Positions 49,429 through 50,040 of a DNA stretch of 50,040 nt are shown one piece after another; the stretch's first letter is position 1; every line of letters begins with the position of its first letter. The DNA is taken from assembly GCA_030141605.1 (NCBI GenBank), contig JAQGDQ010000755.1, positions 51,561 through 101,600 on the forward strand. Direction: 5' to 3'. The position numbers and the translations under genes are program-made. The stretch is from Tubiluchus corallicola. Taxonomy: Eukaryota; Animalia; Priapulida. Under the pieces are notes generated by a model, which saw only the letters and a program-made list of their open reading frames with translations, was not told the origin of the DNA and searched no databases.

Positions 49429-50040
49429 ACAAAAAAAGATGGAAAAGAGAAAAAAGTCACATGGAGTTCTACGATTGACGATTAAACTAGCTCAGTAGAT
49501 CTAGTAATTGCTTAGGATTAAACTAGCTCAGTAGATCTAAGTGATTGCTTGTGATTAAACTAGCTCAGTAGATCTAGTAATTGCTTACGAATAAACTAGC
49601 GCAGTAGATCTAGTAATTGCTTGCGATTAAACTAGCTCAGTAGATCCAGTAATTGCATGTGATTAAACTAGCTCAGTAGATCTAGTAATTGCTTGCGATT
49701 AAACTAGCTCAGTAAATCCAGTAATTGCATGTGACTAAACTAGCTCAGTAGATCTAGTAATTGCGTACGATTAAACTAGCTCAGTAGATCCAGTAATTGC
49801 TTCCGATTAAATTAGCTCAGTAGATCTAGTAATTGCTTGTGTTTAAACTAGCTCAGTAGATCTAGTAATTGCTTACGATTAAACTAGCTCAGTAGATCTA
49901 GTAATTGCTTGTGATTAAACTGGCTCAGTAGATCTAGTAATTGCTTGCGATTAAACTAGCTCAGTAGATCTAGTAATTGCTTACATTAAACTGGCTCAGT
50001 AGATCTAGTAATTGCGTACGATTAAACTAGCTCAGTAGAT
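49429..50040 (-). repeat. Inverted near-identical copy of 46616-47226 (satellite end plus unique flank), running off the window
   Basis: The reverse complement reproduces the unique flank (caatcgtagaactccatgtgac...) and the exact order of unit variants. Confidence 0.95.

Overview
This is an AT-rich, repeat-dense animal (invertebrate, probably lophotrochozoan-like) genomic window with spliceosomal introns; it has no prokaryotic features and no CRISPR array. Four intron-containing genes were reconstructed by hand from splice sites and exon phase. (1) The last two exons of a + strand SLOG-like protein (898-1975). (2) A complete 7-exon E93/Mblk-1/LCoR-family double pipsqueak-HTH transcription factor on the - strand (22023->8856, about 609 aa). 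(3) A secreted two-Kunitz protease inhibitor with a furin-site-rich tail on the - strand (31734->27360), which has an apparent 1-nt frameshift in exon 2. (4) A PAN/apple + discoidin (F5/8C) gene on the + strand (32277->39709+), whose last exon is not clearly intact here. The remaining sequence holds LINE remnants, Tigger-, hAT- and Kolobok-like MITEs, a 5S-headed RTE-type SINE, a tRNA SINE, degenerate Penelope-type hammerhead motifs, many minisatellites, and a 5.4-kb 36-bp satellite mirrored by a near-identical inverted copy. The most striking recurring pattern is tandem arrays that multiply splice signals in sense orientation at or near exon boundaries. In E93 this produces a ladder of in-frame 5' donors.
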